Positions 26,739-34,787 of a DNA stretch of 64,000 bases are shown piece after piece. The stretch spans positions 6,407 to 70,406 of the forward strand of contig CAYLPS010000004.1 of assembly GCA_964385625.1 (NCBI GenBank). Direction: 5' to 3'. The notes beneath the pieces are model-generated. The model made no database searches. It saw only the letters and a program-made list of their open reading frames with translations, and was not told where the DNA came from. The position numbers were made by a program, and so were the translations under genes. How positions within the stretch are numbered: position 1 is the first letter of the stretch; the number at the start of each line of letters is the position of its first letter. The DNA is from an uncultured Anaerolineaceae bacterium. GTDB taxonomy: Bacteria; Chloroflexota; Anaerolineae; Anaerolineales; UBA4823.

Positions 26739-28205
26739 TTACCAAAACGGGGGTTTCTTCAATCCCAGGTGATGGGTTTCCGCAAAGAGTGCGCTTAACA
26801 CCCAGGCCAGGGATTTTTCCAGGATTTCGATTTCCTGCTTGCCCGGCACAACTTCGGTTTCTGCAGGCATCAGGATTTCGGGATCGGTGATCTCAACATT
26901 GACGCTCAGGCGGCGCGGGCCGCGCGTCTGGTAGTCAGGCGTGTAGGAATAAGCCAGCAGCGGGCCGTCGCTCTGCCAGCCGTGGTATTCCAGGAAGGCG
27001 TCAATCACCACCTGCATGCGGTGCAGGGCGGTGCTCTGGTTCCAATGGATGCGCCGGGCATCCATCTGGATGGTCTGCTCCACCAGTTGCAGCAGCCCAG
27101 GGTTCATGCGCAGGTAGTGGTACAGCAGGTACAGCGACTCGCGCGGCACGCCGCTGCGCGTCAAAGCCGCGGCGAAGGGATCGTGCGAAGCCAGGTAAAT
27201 GGTGCGCATAACGTACAGGAACTCGCTGTCCGCCTGCGGCTGGTTCGTATACAGTCCGTTTTGCTGCAGTTCCTGGTAAAGGGCGGCCAGGATCATGCGC
27301 CGTTCCGGGTTGGTGAACTGCGGCATCTCCTGGGCCACCTGGGCCAATGATTTGGCTTCACCTAAAGCAGTTGCCAGGGCTCCGGTGGCCGTCAAATCTA
27401 CCCAACGGCCTGCTGTCGGCTCGATCTCCCACTCCGGGTTGGCCAGGAACTCGCTCAACGGCAGCGCCAGCAGGCGGAACGGCAGCCGGCCATGCTTCTG
27501 GCGGGCGATTTCCACTGCCTGGCGCCAGGTGTTCAAGGTGCGCTGCCATTCTTTGCCGCGCGGCAGGTCAACCAGCATGCGCACCACCGGCGAGAACTCC
27601 TGCGCTGGCGAGCTGGCGTAAAAGGCAACCTTATGATCCAGGCTACGCAGGATCCGCTCTAGAAAATCTGAACGGGCGTCTTGCTCGGATTCGAAAATGG
27701 CTTTGGTCATATCCGCCAGCGTGACCAGGTTATCTGGGCGGATGTGGCCATCTTCGCCATAATCCAGGTTGCGGTCGGTGGTCACATTCAAACCAGCCGC
27801 CAGCGCCGCCAGGTGGACATCCAGCACACCCAGGGCATGCCGGATGGCCCGGGGCTCCTCAAGCTGGCAGGCGCGGGCGTTCGCGAGACCATCCAGCTTG
27901 CACAAGGCGGCGCCGCTTTCGCCCAGGCGATAAACGCGGGGCGCTGGGCCTGTCTGCCCCCCGCGTTTGAGCTTGCTGCTGTAGGTTGAGAAAAGCGGTG
28001 GGAACCCGGCGCTGGCCGCTTCCATTTTTTCCAACGTCCGGCGCAGGCGGTCGCGGTTCAGTCCGCTGGCCTGGGTCAGTTGTTTGTTATCGGCCACGCC
28101 GACGACTGCCTGCGTGTGCAGGATTTTGCGCCAGCCGTTGTTACGCACCTGGTTGTCCAGGGCTTCCTGTAGTTCCAGGATTCTTTCAGGGGAAAGAGAA
28201 CTCAT
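26739..28205 (-). CDS. Replication-relaxation-family-like protein (488 aa from ATG 28205)
   Basis: N-terminal winged-helix-like region, then HALGVLDVHLAL...IRPDNLVTL...AIFESEQD (H..D / PD / ExE pattern seen in Replic_Relax proteins). AAGGAG lies before the ATG at 28205. Assignment is tentative. Confidence 0.5.
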   Translation of the reverse strand: MSSLSPERILELQEALDNQVRNNGWRKILHTQAVVGVADNKQLTQASGLNRDRLRRTLEKMEAASAGFPPLFSTYSSKLKRGGQTGPAPRVYRLGESGAALCKLDGLANARACQLEEPRAIRHALGVLDVHLAALAAGLNVTTDRNLDYGEDGHIRPDNLVTLADMTKAIFESEQDARSDFLERILRSLDHKVAFYASSPAQEFSPVVRMLVDLPRGKEWQRTLNTWRQAVEIARQKHGRLPFRLLALPLSEFLANPEWEIEPTAGRWVDLTATGALATALGEAKSLAQVAQEMPQFTNPERRMILAALYQELQQNGLYTNQPQADSEFLYVMRTIYLASHDPFAAALTRSGVPRESLYLLYHYLRMNPGLLQLVEQTIQMDARRIHWNQSTALHRMQVVIDAFLEYHGWQSDGPLLAYSYTPDYQTRGPRRLSVNVEITDPEILMPAETEVVPGKQEIEILEKSLAWVLSALFAETHHLGLKKPPFW

Positions 28206-28262
28206 CCATAACTCCTTGCAAGGGTGAGGGTGACTGCGCGCCCTGTTGCGCACATTGGATGC

Positions 28263-28304
28263 TGCGCACATTGCTCGCGCACAGCCACCCTCTTAATATG
28301 CGCA
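28263..28304. repeat. Left copy of a 42-nt inverted repeat (partner 30360-30401)
   Basis: TGCGCACATTGCTCGCGCACAGCCACCCTCTTAATATGCGCA equals the reverse complement of 30360-30401 at 39/42 positions (20 nt perfect). It lies in a cluster of (T/C)GCGCA hexamers. Confidence 0.85.
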
Positions 28305-28369
28305 CGGTTTATGCGTGTACTCCGCTGGTGGCAGAGCGGATAGGAAATATCCGGTAGCGACCGCGCACA

Positions 28370-28921
28370 TCAGGCTTGATCCTCGGACGTTTCTGCGTCA
28401 GAGGGCTCGCTGGGCAGCGTGCTGCAGCCCAGGTGATCGAGCTGGATACGCTGCTTGGCGATAATGCTGTTCTGGGTAACGAAGGCTTGCTGCATTTCTC
28501 GCCTCTCATGCTGGCGAGCAGTTTGCTCAGCTTCCAGGGCGCGCCGAGTGGCGGCCAGGTCGCGTTCGGCTTTTTCGGCTCGTACGGTGAGATCGAGAAC
28601 TTGCTGCTGGGCCTGGCCCAGTTTTTGGCGCACTGGCTCATTGCGTAAGCGCTCGGTTTCCAGAAGCAGCCCTTCGATGCGGATTTCGGAAAACCGCAGG
28701 GCATGCTGCAAGTCCGTAATGCGGGTCTGCTGCTGACGCAAATGGTCAGCCAGTGCGATGCCAAACTCAGATAAGATGCTTTCGGGCGACTGGCCGCTCT
28801 CGATGGCTGAGGCATAGGTCGAGAAATCGCCAGATAAGCGCGCTTCCAGGCTGCGCAAGAAGCTGATGGCAGCCTGGCGGCGGATTTCATCAGGATTAGG
28901 GGGAGATGTGAACCAGGGCAC
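28370..28921 (-). CDS. Coiled-coil hypothetical protein (about 184 aa; GTG start at 28921 is a guess)
   Basis: Long heptad-like region (LRQQQTRITDLQHAL...AEKAERDLAATRRALEAEQTARQHE). The overlapping 215-aa frame is Ser/Pro/Ala/Arg-rich and was rejected. Confidence 0.5.
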   Translation of the reverse strand: MPWFTSPPNPDEIRRQAAISFLRSLEARLSGDFSTYASAIESGQSPESILSEFGIALADHLRQQQTRITDLQHALRFSEIRIEGLLLETERLRNEPVRQKLGQAQQQVLDLTVRAEKAERDLAATRRALEAEQTARQHERREMQQAFVTQNSIIAKQRIQLDHLGCSTLPSEPSDAETSEDQA

Positions 28922-28946
28922 GGTGATAACTCGATGAAGATGATGA

Positions 28947-29174
28947 CTAGCTCCACAGCTCGCCCAACGAATCCAGGATGGCGTTGGCCTCTTCCTGCTC
29001 GCTGAGCGGCTGGGGTTGGTTGGATAGCCCGCCGCGCATGGCGCGTAAGACTGCTGCTGCACGCTGGCGGGGCGGGACGGTCTCTAGAAAGCGGATGATG
29101 TCATCATCACGCCCCGGCACAAGCCATAATTTGAGCGGTACAACGACAACTTGAGAACGGCGGGGGCGAGCCAT
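28947..29174 (-). CDS. Small DNA-binding-like protein (75 aa), ParR-like by position
   Basis: Lies immediately downstream of the ParM-like gene. N-terminal basic stretch plus a beta-strand-like VVVVPLKLWLV followed by helices. Function inferred from gene order only. Confidence 0.4.
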   Translation of the reverse strand: MARPRRSQVVVVPLKLWLVPGRDDDIIRFLETVPPRQRAAAVLRAMRGGLSNQPQPLSEQEEANAILDSLGELWS

Positions 29175-29213
29175 AGAGCGCTTTTTATGCTACCTGATTG
29201 GGTCTGAAGGCAA

Positions 29214-30323
29214 TCATGCTACCTGTTTGGGCGCATCCAGCACCCCGGCGCGTTGGGCAAACTTGGCCAGGCCGCGGGCATTTGCAGTTACCAGTTCAGG
29301 CAGTTCGATGGCATTGGGGTAAGCCGAGCGCAGCCGCTCGCCCAGCGCCAAAATACCGCCGCCCGTGAGTAAGATATAGTCGAAGGCTTTGCCATCTTCC
29401 CAGGTTTGGGATAGATAAGCGCGCACTTCGCCGGCGGCAATATCCAACGCCTGGCGCGCCAGCGGTTTCAGGTCGAGCGCCTCGCCTTTGACCAGCAGTT
29501 CTGCCCGGTGGCCATTGCAGGCCAGGCGGACATATTCATCGGCCTCGTGCAGGCTGAAGCGCCGCCCGCCTTTTTGCAGCAGCAGGTCTTGCATGACCTT
29601 GGCAGCCCGGCGCTGGCCAAGCGTCTCGCCGCCGGTGTAGCGCCGGACGATCTGCCCACCGGCCAGGTGGAACAAATCGAGCGTGTTGAAACCCTGGTCG
29701 AGCACCGCTACCGAGGCTTTTAGATCGGCCGGTGAGCGCCCCCACTGGCCGTTGCTATTCAGCCCCCAGTCGAAGAAACTGCCGAGCGGCTGAGCCATGG
29801 CCTTGAGCGCCTGAATGTGCAGGTGAAAGGCCTGGCTGTTGAGGATGAAGTGATGATCGCCGATCAGCCAGGTTTCAAGCGCCTGCACCACGGTTTTCGC
29901 GTCTGGGCTTTGCAGCACCTGCACCGGCAGCGCCACGATCAGAGCCAACTCGATCAACGGCTCAAGTTCCACCTTGACGCCCAGGCGTAAGAGCAGCCTC
30001 CCCAAGGTGGTATAGAGCAGGGCGCGTAACTCGGGCGAGAAAGTCAGCCGGTCAAAGTCCAGGCGCTCGATGGGGCGGGCATACAGGTTAACGTGCTGAC
30101 CCACCAGGTGGCGCAGATCGTCCACGATGACCACATCGGGCATTTGCTTCTTCTGGCGGACCAGGCCAATACTCAACAGCCCGTTGTCAGTTTCACCCAC
30201 GCCCACAATGGCGGGAACCCGTTCGGTCACGATTTTATCTTCCCAAACGGCAGCGGCCTTGAAGGCGTAAAAGCCAACATCCACGGCGATTTTATAAGTG
30301 GAAGGTGTATTTTGAGATGTCAT
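29214..30323 (-). CDS. ParM/StbA-like actin-fold partition ATPase (369 aa from ATG 30323)
   Basis: Actin-fold motifs IAVDVGFYAFK, VAVLDQGFNTLD, ILLTGGG. AAGGAG lies 8 nt before the ATG at 30323; the longer ORF-track start was rejected. Confidence 0.8.
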   Translation of the reverse strand: MTSQNTPSTYKIAVDVGFYAFKAAAVWEDKIVTERVPAIVGVGETDNGLLSIGLVRQKKQMPDVVIVDDLRHLVGQHVNLYARPIERLDFDRLTFSPELRALLYTTLGRLLLRLGVKVELEPLIELALIVALPVQVLQSPDAKTVVQALETWLIGDHHFILNSQAFHLHIQALKAMAQPLGSFFDWGLNSNGQWGRSPADLKASVAVLDQGFNTLDLFHLAGGQIVRRYTGGETLGQRRAAKVMQDLLLQKGGRRFSLHEADEYVRLACNGHRAELLVKGEALDLKPLARQALDIAAGEVRAYLSQTWEDGKAFDYILLTGGGILALGERLRSAYPNAIELPELVTANARGLAKFAQRAGVLDAPKQVA

Positions 30324-30359
30324 GCAAAAGTCTCCTTGTCTGCGAGTGCGCAAATTCAT

Positions 30360-30401
30360 TGCGCATATTAAGAGGGTGGATGTGCGCGGGCAATATGCGC
30401 A
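30360..30401. repeat. Right copy of the 42-nt inverted repeat; contains a sigma70-like promoter facing the ParM-like gene
   Basis: On the minus strand: TTGCCC-17 nt-TAATAT, ending about 41 nt upstream of the ParM-like ATG. TGCGCA hexamers occur throughout 30346-30417. Confidence 0.8.
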
Positions 30402-30409
30402 CACAGAAA

Positions 30410-31777
30410 TCATGCGCATCCAGCCTGTACGGGTTCCTGTATGGGCAGGACTGCCCCTGTATGGGCATGTACGGCCTGTACGCCTGTATGCGCTACCCCG
30501 GCCAGGCGAGCCAATTCGAGGGTAATGCGGCGGGCGTCGGTGGCGTGTTGGGGTTTGGTCAGCCAGCTCCGGCGCTCGAATTGCTCGGCGATCTTCTGCA
30601 CCTGGTGGTGGCTGATCCCCTGCCCTGCCAGCGCCTGCGCCAGCCGATTGACGATGAAACGCCCTTCGAGCTGCTCCAGGGCATAAGCCACCAGCGCCCG
30701 CTCCACATCGCTCAAAGGGTTGAACTCTACCGGCTGAGCGGGGACAGCTTGCTCAGCCGTGAGGCGGTACGCCTGGAAAATGCTGTACTGACCGTTCATG
30801 AATAGGATGCCCCGCCCTGGCAAGCGCAGACTCAGCGCTTCTTTACCCCACCGGCGCGACCCCAACACGACCGCTGCCGAGGTATCGTCTGAAACGCGGA
30901 AGGAGATGCGCACCGGGATCATCGCCGAAAGCCCGCGCGGCACATCCTTTGCCCGCCAGTTGTGGCCGGCCAACACAACGGTCAAACCCCACTTGCGCCC
31001 GCGCCGCGCCAAGTCGGTGACCTGTTCCAAGATTTCCTTGTCGTCGAAGTAGGAGTTGGCCTCGTCAACGAACAGGATCAGGCGCGGCAGCGGCTCTTTG
31101 GCGATCTGGTTGTACTCGTCCAGATTAGTTGGCATTGCTCCGTTCTGAGCGGCTTCCTGGAACAGCGTCCGGCGCCGGGCCAGTTCAGCGTGAACCGCTC
31201 CCAACAGAACTTTGAACTCCTTAGCAGACTGAGCAACTGGGTAAGGGTTCTTGGGGTTGAGCACATCGGGGTTGAACGTGGTAGCGTCCGGGTCAACATA
31301 GAACCTGATCCAGCCATGTAGAGTTGCGGCGTAGTTCAGGCCTTCCAACAAGTTGCTCTTGCCCGAACCCGGCTCACCGCAGATCAGGGTGTTTTGCAGG
31401 GTCAACATGGCGAGCGGCCCAGACAGCCCGACGCCCAGGGGCAGCGAGTTTTTCTCGAACACACTGGGGTAGGGGATCATTTCGGGCAGCTTGGGAAGGG
31501 CACTGAGCAAGATCATGTAACGTAATCCTGTCGAGTTAGAGAGAAAAACTGGTTTACCGTGCAAGGCCGTACTCAGGTGATGCAGGGTTTCGCTGGAGAT
31601 GAAGCCTTCCAGCCGCCCTTCCATCTGGGTCAAGTTGAGCACCACAGCCAGCCAGACCAGGCCGTTGCGTTCGGTCAGGTAGAAGGTGACTGCCGCGTTC
31701 AGGTTGCGTTGTGCCAGGGTATGCACAATCAGCCGGGCGCAGTGCCTGGCTTCTGAGAAAAAGCGAGATCCGTTCAT
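30410..31777 (-). CDS. FtsK/SpoIIIE-family DNA translocase (TraB-like) with C-terminal winged helix
   Basis: Walker A GEPGSGKSNLL, Walker B LILFVDEANSYF, no N-terminal membrane spans, and a C-terminal wHTH-like region (IVNRLAQALAGQGISHHQVQKIAEQF). Confidence 0.85.
   Translation of the reverse strand: MNGSRFFSEARHCARLIVHTLAQRNLNAAVTFYLTERNGLVWLAVVLNLTQMEGRLEGFISSETLHHLSTALHGKPVFLSNSTGLRYMILLSALPKLPEMIPYPSVFEKNSLPLGVGLSGPLAMLTLQNTLICGEPGSGKSNLLEGLNYAATLHGWIRFYVDPDATTFNPDVLNPKNPYPVAQSAKEFKVLLGAVHAELARRRTLFQEAAQNGAMPTNLDEYNQIAKEPLPRLILFVDEANSYFDDKEILEQVTDLARRGRKWGLTVVLAGHNWRAKDVPRGLSAMIPVRISFRVSDDTSAAVVLGSRRWGKEALSLRLPGRGILFMNGQYSIFQAYRLTAEQAVPAQPVEFNPLSDVERALVAYALEQLEGRFIVNRLAQALAGQGISHHQVQKIAEQFERRSWLTKPQHATDARRITLELARLAGVAHTGVQAVHAHTGAVLPIQEPVQAGCA
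30424..30492. repeat. Iteron cluster CCTGTA(C/T)GG x5 plus one CATGTACGG
   Basis: Copies start at 30424, 30436, 30456, 30466, 30475 and 30483, inside the last ~25 codons of the TraB-like gene. Confidence 0.7.
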
Positions 31778-32799
31778 ACATGGTTTCCTCCAGTGAGCAA
31801 CTTGGGTTCGATTTCATCCAATAAGGGGCGGACGCGCGGGTCATCAGGGGGGATGACGATGACTTCTGTATCCACGATGTCCCCTTCCGGCAAGGCCGGT
31901 TGGGTAGCCTTGTTACCGGCCTGCAGCGCCTGGCGCAGCACGGTGCGGCGTTGGGCGCTCTGAACCGCCTGGCCGGAGTTGGCGGCCAGCATCAGTTCAG
32001 CCGCCTGGGCGCGGGCAGCCACCTGGCTTTGGAGCTGGGGATCATCGGCGCCACCGGCGGTGAGCACCTTGCCTTCCTTGCTGACCGAGGCGCCAGGGTT
32101 CAACGAGCGGCTGATGTCGAAGATGTTGAACCCGCCCTTGCCATTCGGGGTGATCACCACCGGGCGATTCGCCAGGCGGTGGATGCCAAAAGCGCGCAGC
32201 AGCACCCAACTGACCGACTGCCAGGCGATGAACATTCCAACTGCGAACAAGACTACCAGAGCAATGCGCCCGGCCCAGGTGCGAAAGAGCAGGGTTTGGC
32301 GCTCGCTTTCACGCTGTTCAGCCAGGCGCTCCACCTGGGCGGTGGCTGAGGCTTGCAGCAGCCCAACGGCGATGCTGGTCGAGGTAGCCTGGTTGTTGTA
32401 GGCCGACTGAGTGGCTGTGCCGGCAGCGCTCAAGGCTGCTTGCGTGTGAACAGCGGCTTGTGCGGTGGCTGTGGCTTCGATAGACTGTTGGGCGGCCGTG
32501 ACGGTGGCAGCCTGAGCCTGTTCCGTCTGGCGCAAGAAATAGGCTTCAGTCGCTGCGGCCTGGGTCATCTGTAAAACAACCGCTGTACTTTCAGCGGCCA
32601 GTTCGGACATGCGGCCTTCGCTGGCCTGGCGGGTAGCCCGCGCCTGCAGGGCGGCGGCCTGGTCCGTAGCCACATAGGGCGGGATCGGCGTGGCGATCTC
32701 CACACGAACATCATCGGTTACAGGAGCGCCGGTACAAGCCTGGAGCAAAACCGCCAGGCCCAAGATCGCGAACAGGATCACCACAACCCGAGGGTTCAT
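31774..32799 (-). CDS. Membrane/lipoprotein-like protein with Ala/Gln/Thr-rich region (341 aa from ATG 32799)
   Basis: MNPRVVVILFAILGLAVLLQAC is signal/lipobox-like. There is a second hydrophobic span IALVVLFAVGMFIAW. ATGA-type overlap with the TraB-like gene. Confidence 0.5.
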   Translation of the reverse strand: MNPRVVVILFAILGLAVLLQACTGAPVTDDVRVEIATPIPPYVATDQAAALQARATRQASEGRMSELAAESTAVVLQMTQAAATEAYFLRQTEQAQAATVTAAQQSIEATATAQAAVHTQAALSAAGTATQSAYNNQATSTSIAVGLLQASATAQVERLAEQRESERQTLLFRTWAGRIALVVLFAVGMFIAWQSVSWVLLRAFGIHRLANRPVVITPNGKGGFNIFDISRSLNPGASVSKEGKVLTAGGADDPQLQSQVAARAQAAELMLAANSGQAVQSAQRRTVLRQALQAGNKATQPALPEGDIVDTEVIVIPPDDPRVRPLLDEIEPKLLTGGNHV

Positions 32800-32809
32800 A
32801 CCGATCACT

Positions 32810-33226
32810 CTAGAATCCCCAACCTTGCAGGGGGAGATCGTCATCTTCCTCAACATTTGCCGCCAGCAGTATCTGCTGCTTTGGCAGCGGCTGAGGCTGC
32901 GGGGAAGATAATTGTGCCCGTATGGGTACATTTATTTTCTGCCAACGGGCGTTGGGGCCAGGCAGCCAGCGGGGCTGGGCCGTCGGCGCTGGCAGCGACT
33001 TGCCGCGCAACACGCCTACGCCCAGGCCAAACACAATGCCGGCCGCTAAAGAGACAACCACCAGGAAGGCAGTCAGGCACTGGCCGGTGAGCAAGGCTGT
33101 GCTCGACGCCAGATTGGCCGCGCCGTTGGCCAGGCTGGCCATGGAAGCAGTCAACGCAACCCCTAATGCGCCAAAGGCGAATATGAGCAGAAGGATGCCG
33201 GCAGAGATGTAGAGAACCTTGTTCAT
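32810..33226 (-). CDS. Small membrane protein (138 aa, two predicted spans)
   Basis: Hydrophobic stretches ISAGILLLIFAFGALGVAL and CLTAFLVVVSLAAGIVFGLGVGV. First gene of the leftward transfer operon. Confidence 0.5.
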   Translation of the reverse strand: MNKVLYISAGILLLIFAFGALGVALTASMASLANGAANLASSTALLTGQCLTAFLVVVSLAAGIVFGLGVGVLRGKSLPAPTAQPRWLPGPNARWQKINVPIRAQLSSPQPQPLPKQQILLAANVEEDDDLPLQGWGF

Positions 33227-33250
33227 GATCGTGTCACTCGATAATGTTAC

Positions 33251-33308
33251 TTATTGTATAATACAATAGGTTTGGATATTAAAAATGCCTATTGTGGCAT
33301 ACAATAGG
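33251..33308. promoter_or_regulatory. Second pair of palindromic operator-like sites (TTATTGTAT-a-ATACAATAG; CCTATTGT-ggcat-ACAATAGG)
   Basis: Located at 33251-33269 and 33288-33308, directly upstream of the transfer operon start (33226). Shares 24/25 nt with 12248-12272. Confidence 0.55.
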
Positions 33309-33334
33309 ATAGCATAATCTCACCATTTGGTCAA

Positions 33335-33365
33335 GGAAAAACAAACGCCTCCGCAATGGGAGGCG
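33335..33365 (-). terminator. Rho-independent terminator after the 353-aa gene
   Basis: Minus strand reads CGCCUCCC-AUUGC-GGAGGCG followed by UUUGUUUUUCC. Confidence 0.6.
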
Positions 33366-33376
33366 TAGATGCACAA

Positions 33377-34438
33377 TTAATTCTTTTTGCCCCGTCTACC
33401 TCTGGAGCGTTTCTTCTGCTGCTTCTGCTCCTTGGTAACAGCCTGATGGTTTGCGGCAGTCTGGTTCAGCTTTCTTTCTGCCATACGTAAGGCGGAAGCT
33501 TTTTCAGGTTTTCCCCATTCTTTATATAAACCCGTTAGACGTTCCAGTAGATCGGGACGATTCTTCAATTGAGGACGCGCCAATGCTTGCAGCATGATTG
33601 CTTCTGCTCGAGCATATTGCTTGGGAGACTTATCCAGTATCCAATATTTGTCTGCCCATCCAATATAAGCCCAGGCTTCATCTGGCAGGCGTTTTACCAG
33701 ATCAGAGTAAACAGCTTCTGACTCTGCCTGCTTCCCCAATTCCCACAATGCTTCTGCGCGTCCACTGCTAAAATTCAAGACAACATCGTTGTCTTCATCT
33801 GGAAACTGAGTGAAGAATTCCTGAATATATTGAAGGCGATACTCGTGGAACGTGCGGTTATCCAGTCCCGCATTATGAAGCTCAAACATAAAGTCATAGC
33901 ACCAGTTATCAAAATCCGGGTTGAGTTGCGGATGAGCCTTGCTGAATTCATCCCGTGTGCGCATTTCTGGTCGGGCCATCGTCTTGGCAATTTCCCATGC
34001 CTGTATCCATGTCTGGCAGGCGGCAAGGAAATCCTGTTTTTCCAGAAATTGGTAACCGATTTGCATCTGGTCTATGAAACGTTGTTCAGGAGCTAGCTGA
34101 ATCACTGGCAAACTTCCGTTTCGGGTCTGTGCCCAATGTGCTTCCTCGCTCATTTGGAAGGCATCAATGGTCTGGATAGCCGACTGACCGGCATCTACAC
34201 CCACGTGGTGAATGACTGCGCTACGCAATGCCTTGACAAGAAAAGCATTAACCTCTGGGTTATCTCCGCCATCTTCAACCTGCATTGTTAGCGCGCCAAG
34301 AATGCCATTCAATTTGCGAAACTGGATCAGAGACAATCTCAAACCTTGAATCGCTTTCTCAACTGGCTTCAATTGATTCAGCCGAGGGCGATCAATATTT
34401 TTACCTGGGACGGATGATGGTATCCGATTCACGCGCAT
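33377..34438 (-). CDS. Hypothetical helical-repeat protein with basic C-terminal tail (353 aa)
   Basis: Long ORF with TPR-like helical content and a C-terminus KEQKQQKKRSRGRRGKKN. No family recognised. Confidence 0.5.
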   Translation of the reverse strand: MRVNRIPSSVPGKNIDRPRLNQLKPVEKAIQGLRLSLIQFRKLNGILGALTMQVEDGGDNPEVNAFLVKALRSAVIHHVGVDAGQSAIQTIDAFQMSEEAHWAQTRNGSLPVIQLAPEQRFIDQMQIGYQFLEKQDFLAACQTWIQAWEIAKTMARPEMRTRDEFSKAHPQLNPDFDNWCYDFMFELHNAGLDNRTFHEYRLQYIQEFFTQFPDEDNDVVLNFSSGRAEALWELGKQAESEAVYSDLVKRLPDEAWAYIGWADKYWILDKSPKQYARAEAIMLQALARPQLKNRPDLLERLTGLYKEWGKPEKASALRMAERKLNQTAANHQAVTKEQKQQKKRSRGRRGKKN

Positions 34439-34490
34439 TCTCCCAATTGAATTTTAATTTCAAGATCAAGCTATACCTGAGGCCCACTGA

Positions 34491-34700
34491 CTATTTTCTG
34501 CCCCGCCTTGGGTCAAACTTGCTCAAATCCTTATTTTGTTCCTGGTAATCTTCTACGGATTTCTTGAGCACCAGCCAGGCCGTGCCGATCTTCTCCCCCT
34601 GGAGATCGCCTTCGCGCAGCAGCCGGCGCACATGCTCAACATGGAATTGCAAAATGCGCGCTGCTTCTTCGGTTGTTACAAAGTCTCTAAGGTCTGGCAT
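34491..34700 (-). CDS. Excisionase-family (MerR-like) HTH protein, 69 aa
   Basis: FVTTEEAARILQFHVEHVRRLLREGDLQGEKIGTAWLV matches the excisionase-type HTH pattern. The ATG at 34700 was chosen because the longer start at 34787 lies in a palindrome. Confidence 0.7.
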   Translation of the reverse strand: MPDLRDFVTTEEAARILQFHVEHVRRLLREGDLQGEKIGTAWLVLKKSVEDYQEQNKDLSKFDPRRGRK

Positions 34701-34734
34701 CCGTACCCTCTTGTATGGCACAACAGGTTTCGCC

Positions 34735-34787
34735 TTGATAAAAGGGTACTGATTTACGGTGGCCGTAAGCCTGTACCCTTTTATCAA
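34735..34787. repeat. 53-bp nested palindrome between the excisionase-like gene and tRNA-Glu
   Basis: TTGATAAAAGGGTAC (34735-34749) and GTACCCTTTTATCAA (34773-34787) are perfect 15-bp inverted arms enclosing TTACGG-tgg-CCGTAA (34754-34768). Confidence 0.8.

Noticed and set aside
28309-28956. 215-aa ORF (minus strand) overlapping the coiled-coil gene in another frame
   Set aside because: Its Ser/Pro/Ala/Arg/Cys-rich composition is not protein-like. The alternative frame (28370-28921) gives a clean heptad coiled coil and fits the operon spacing.
34491-34787. Full 98-aa version of the excisionase-like ORF
   Set aside because: The extension runs through the 53-bp palindrome. The excisionase-type HTH begins right after the internal ATG at 34700.
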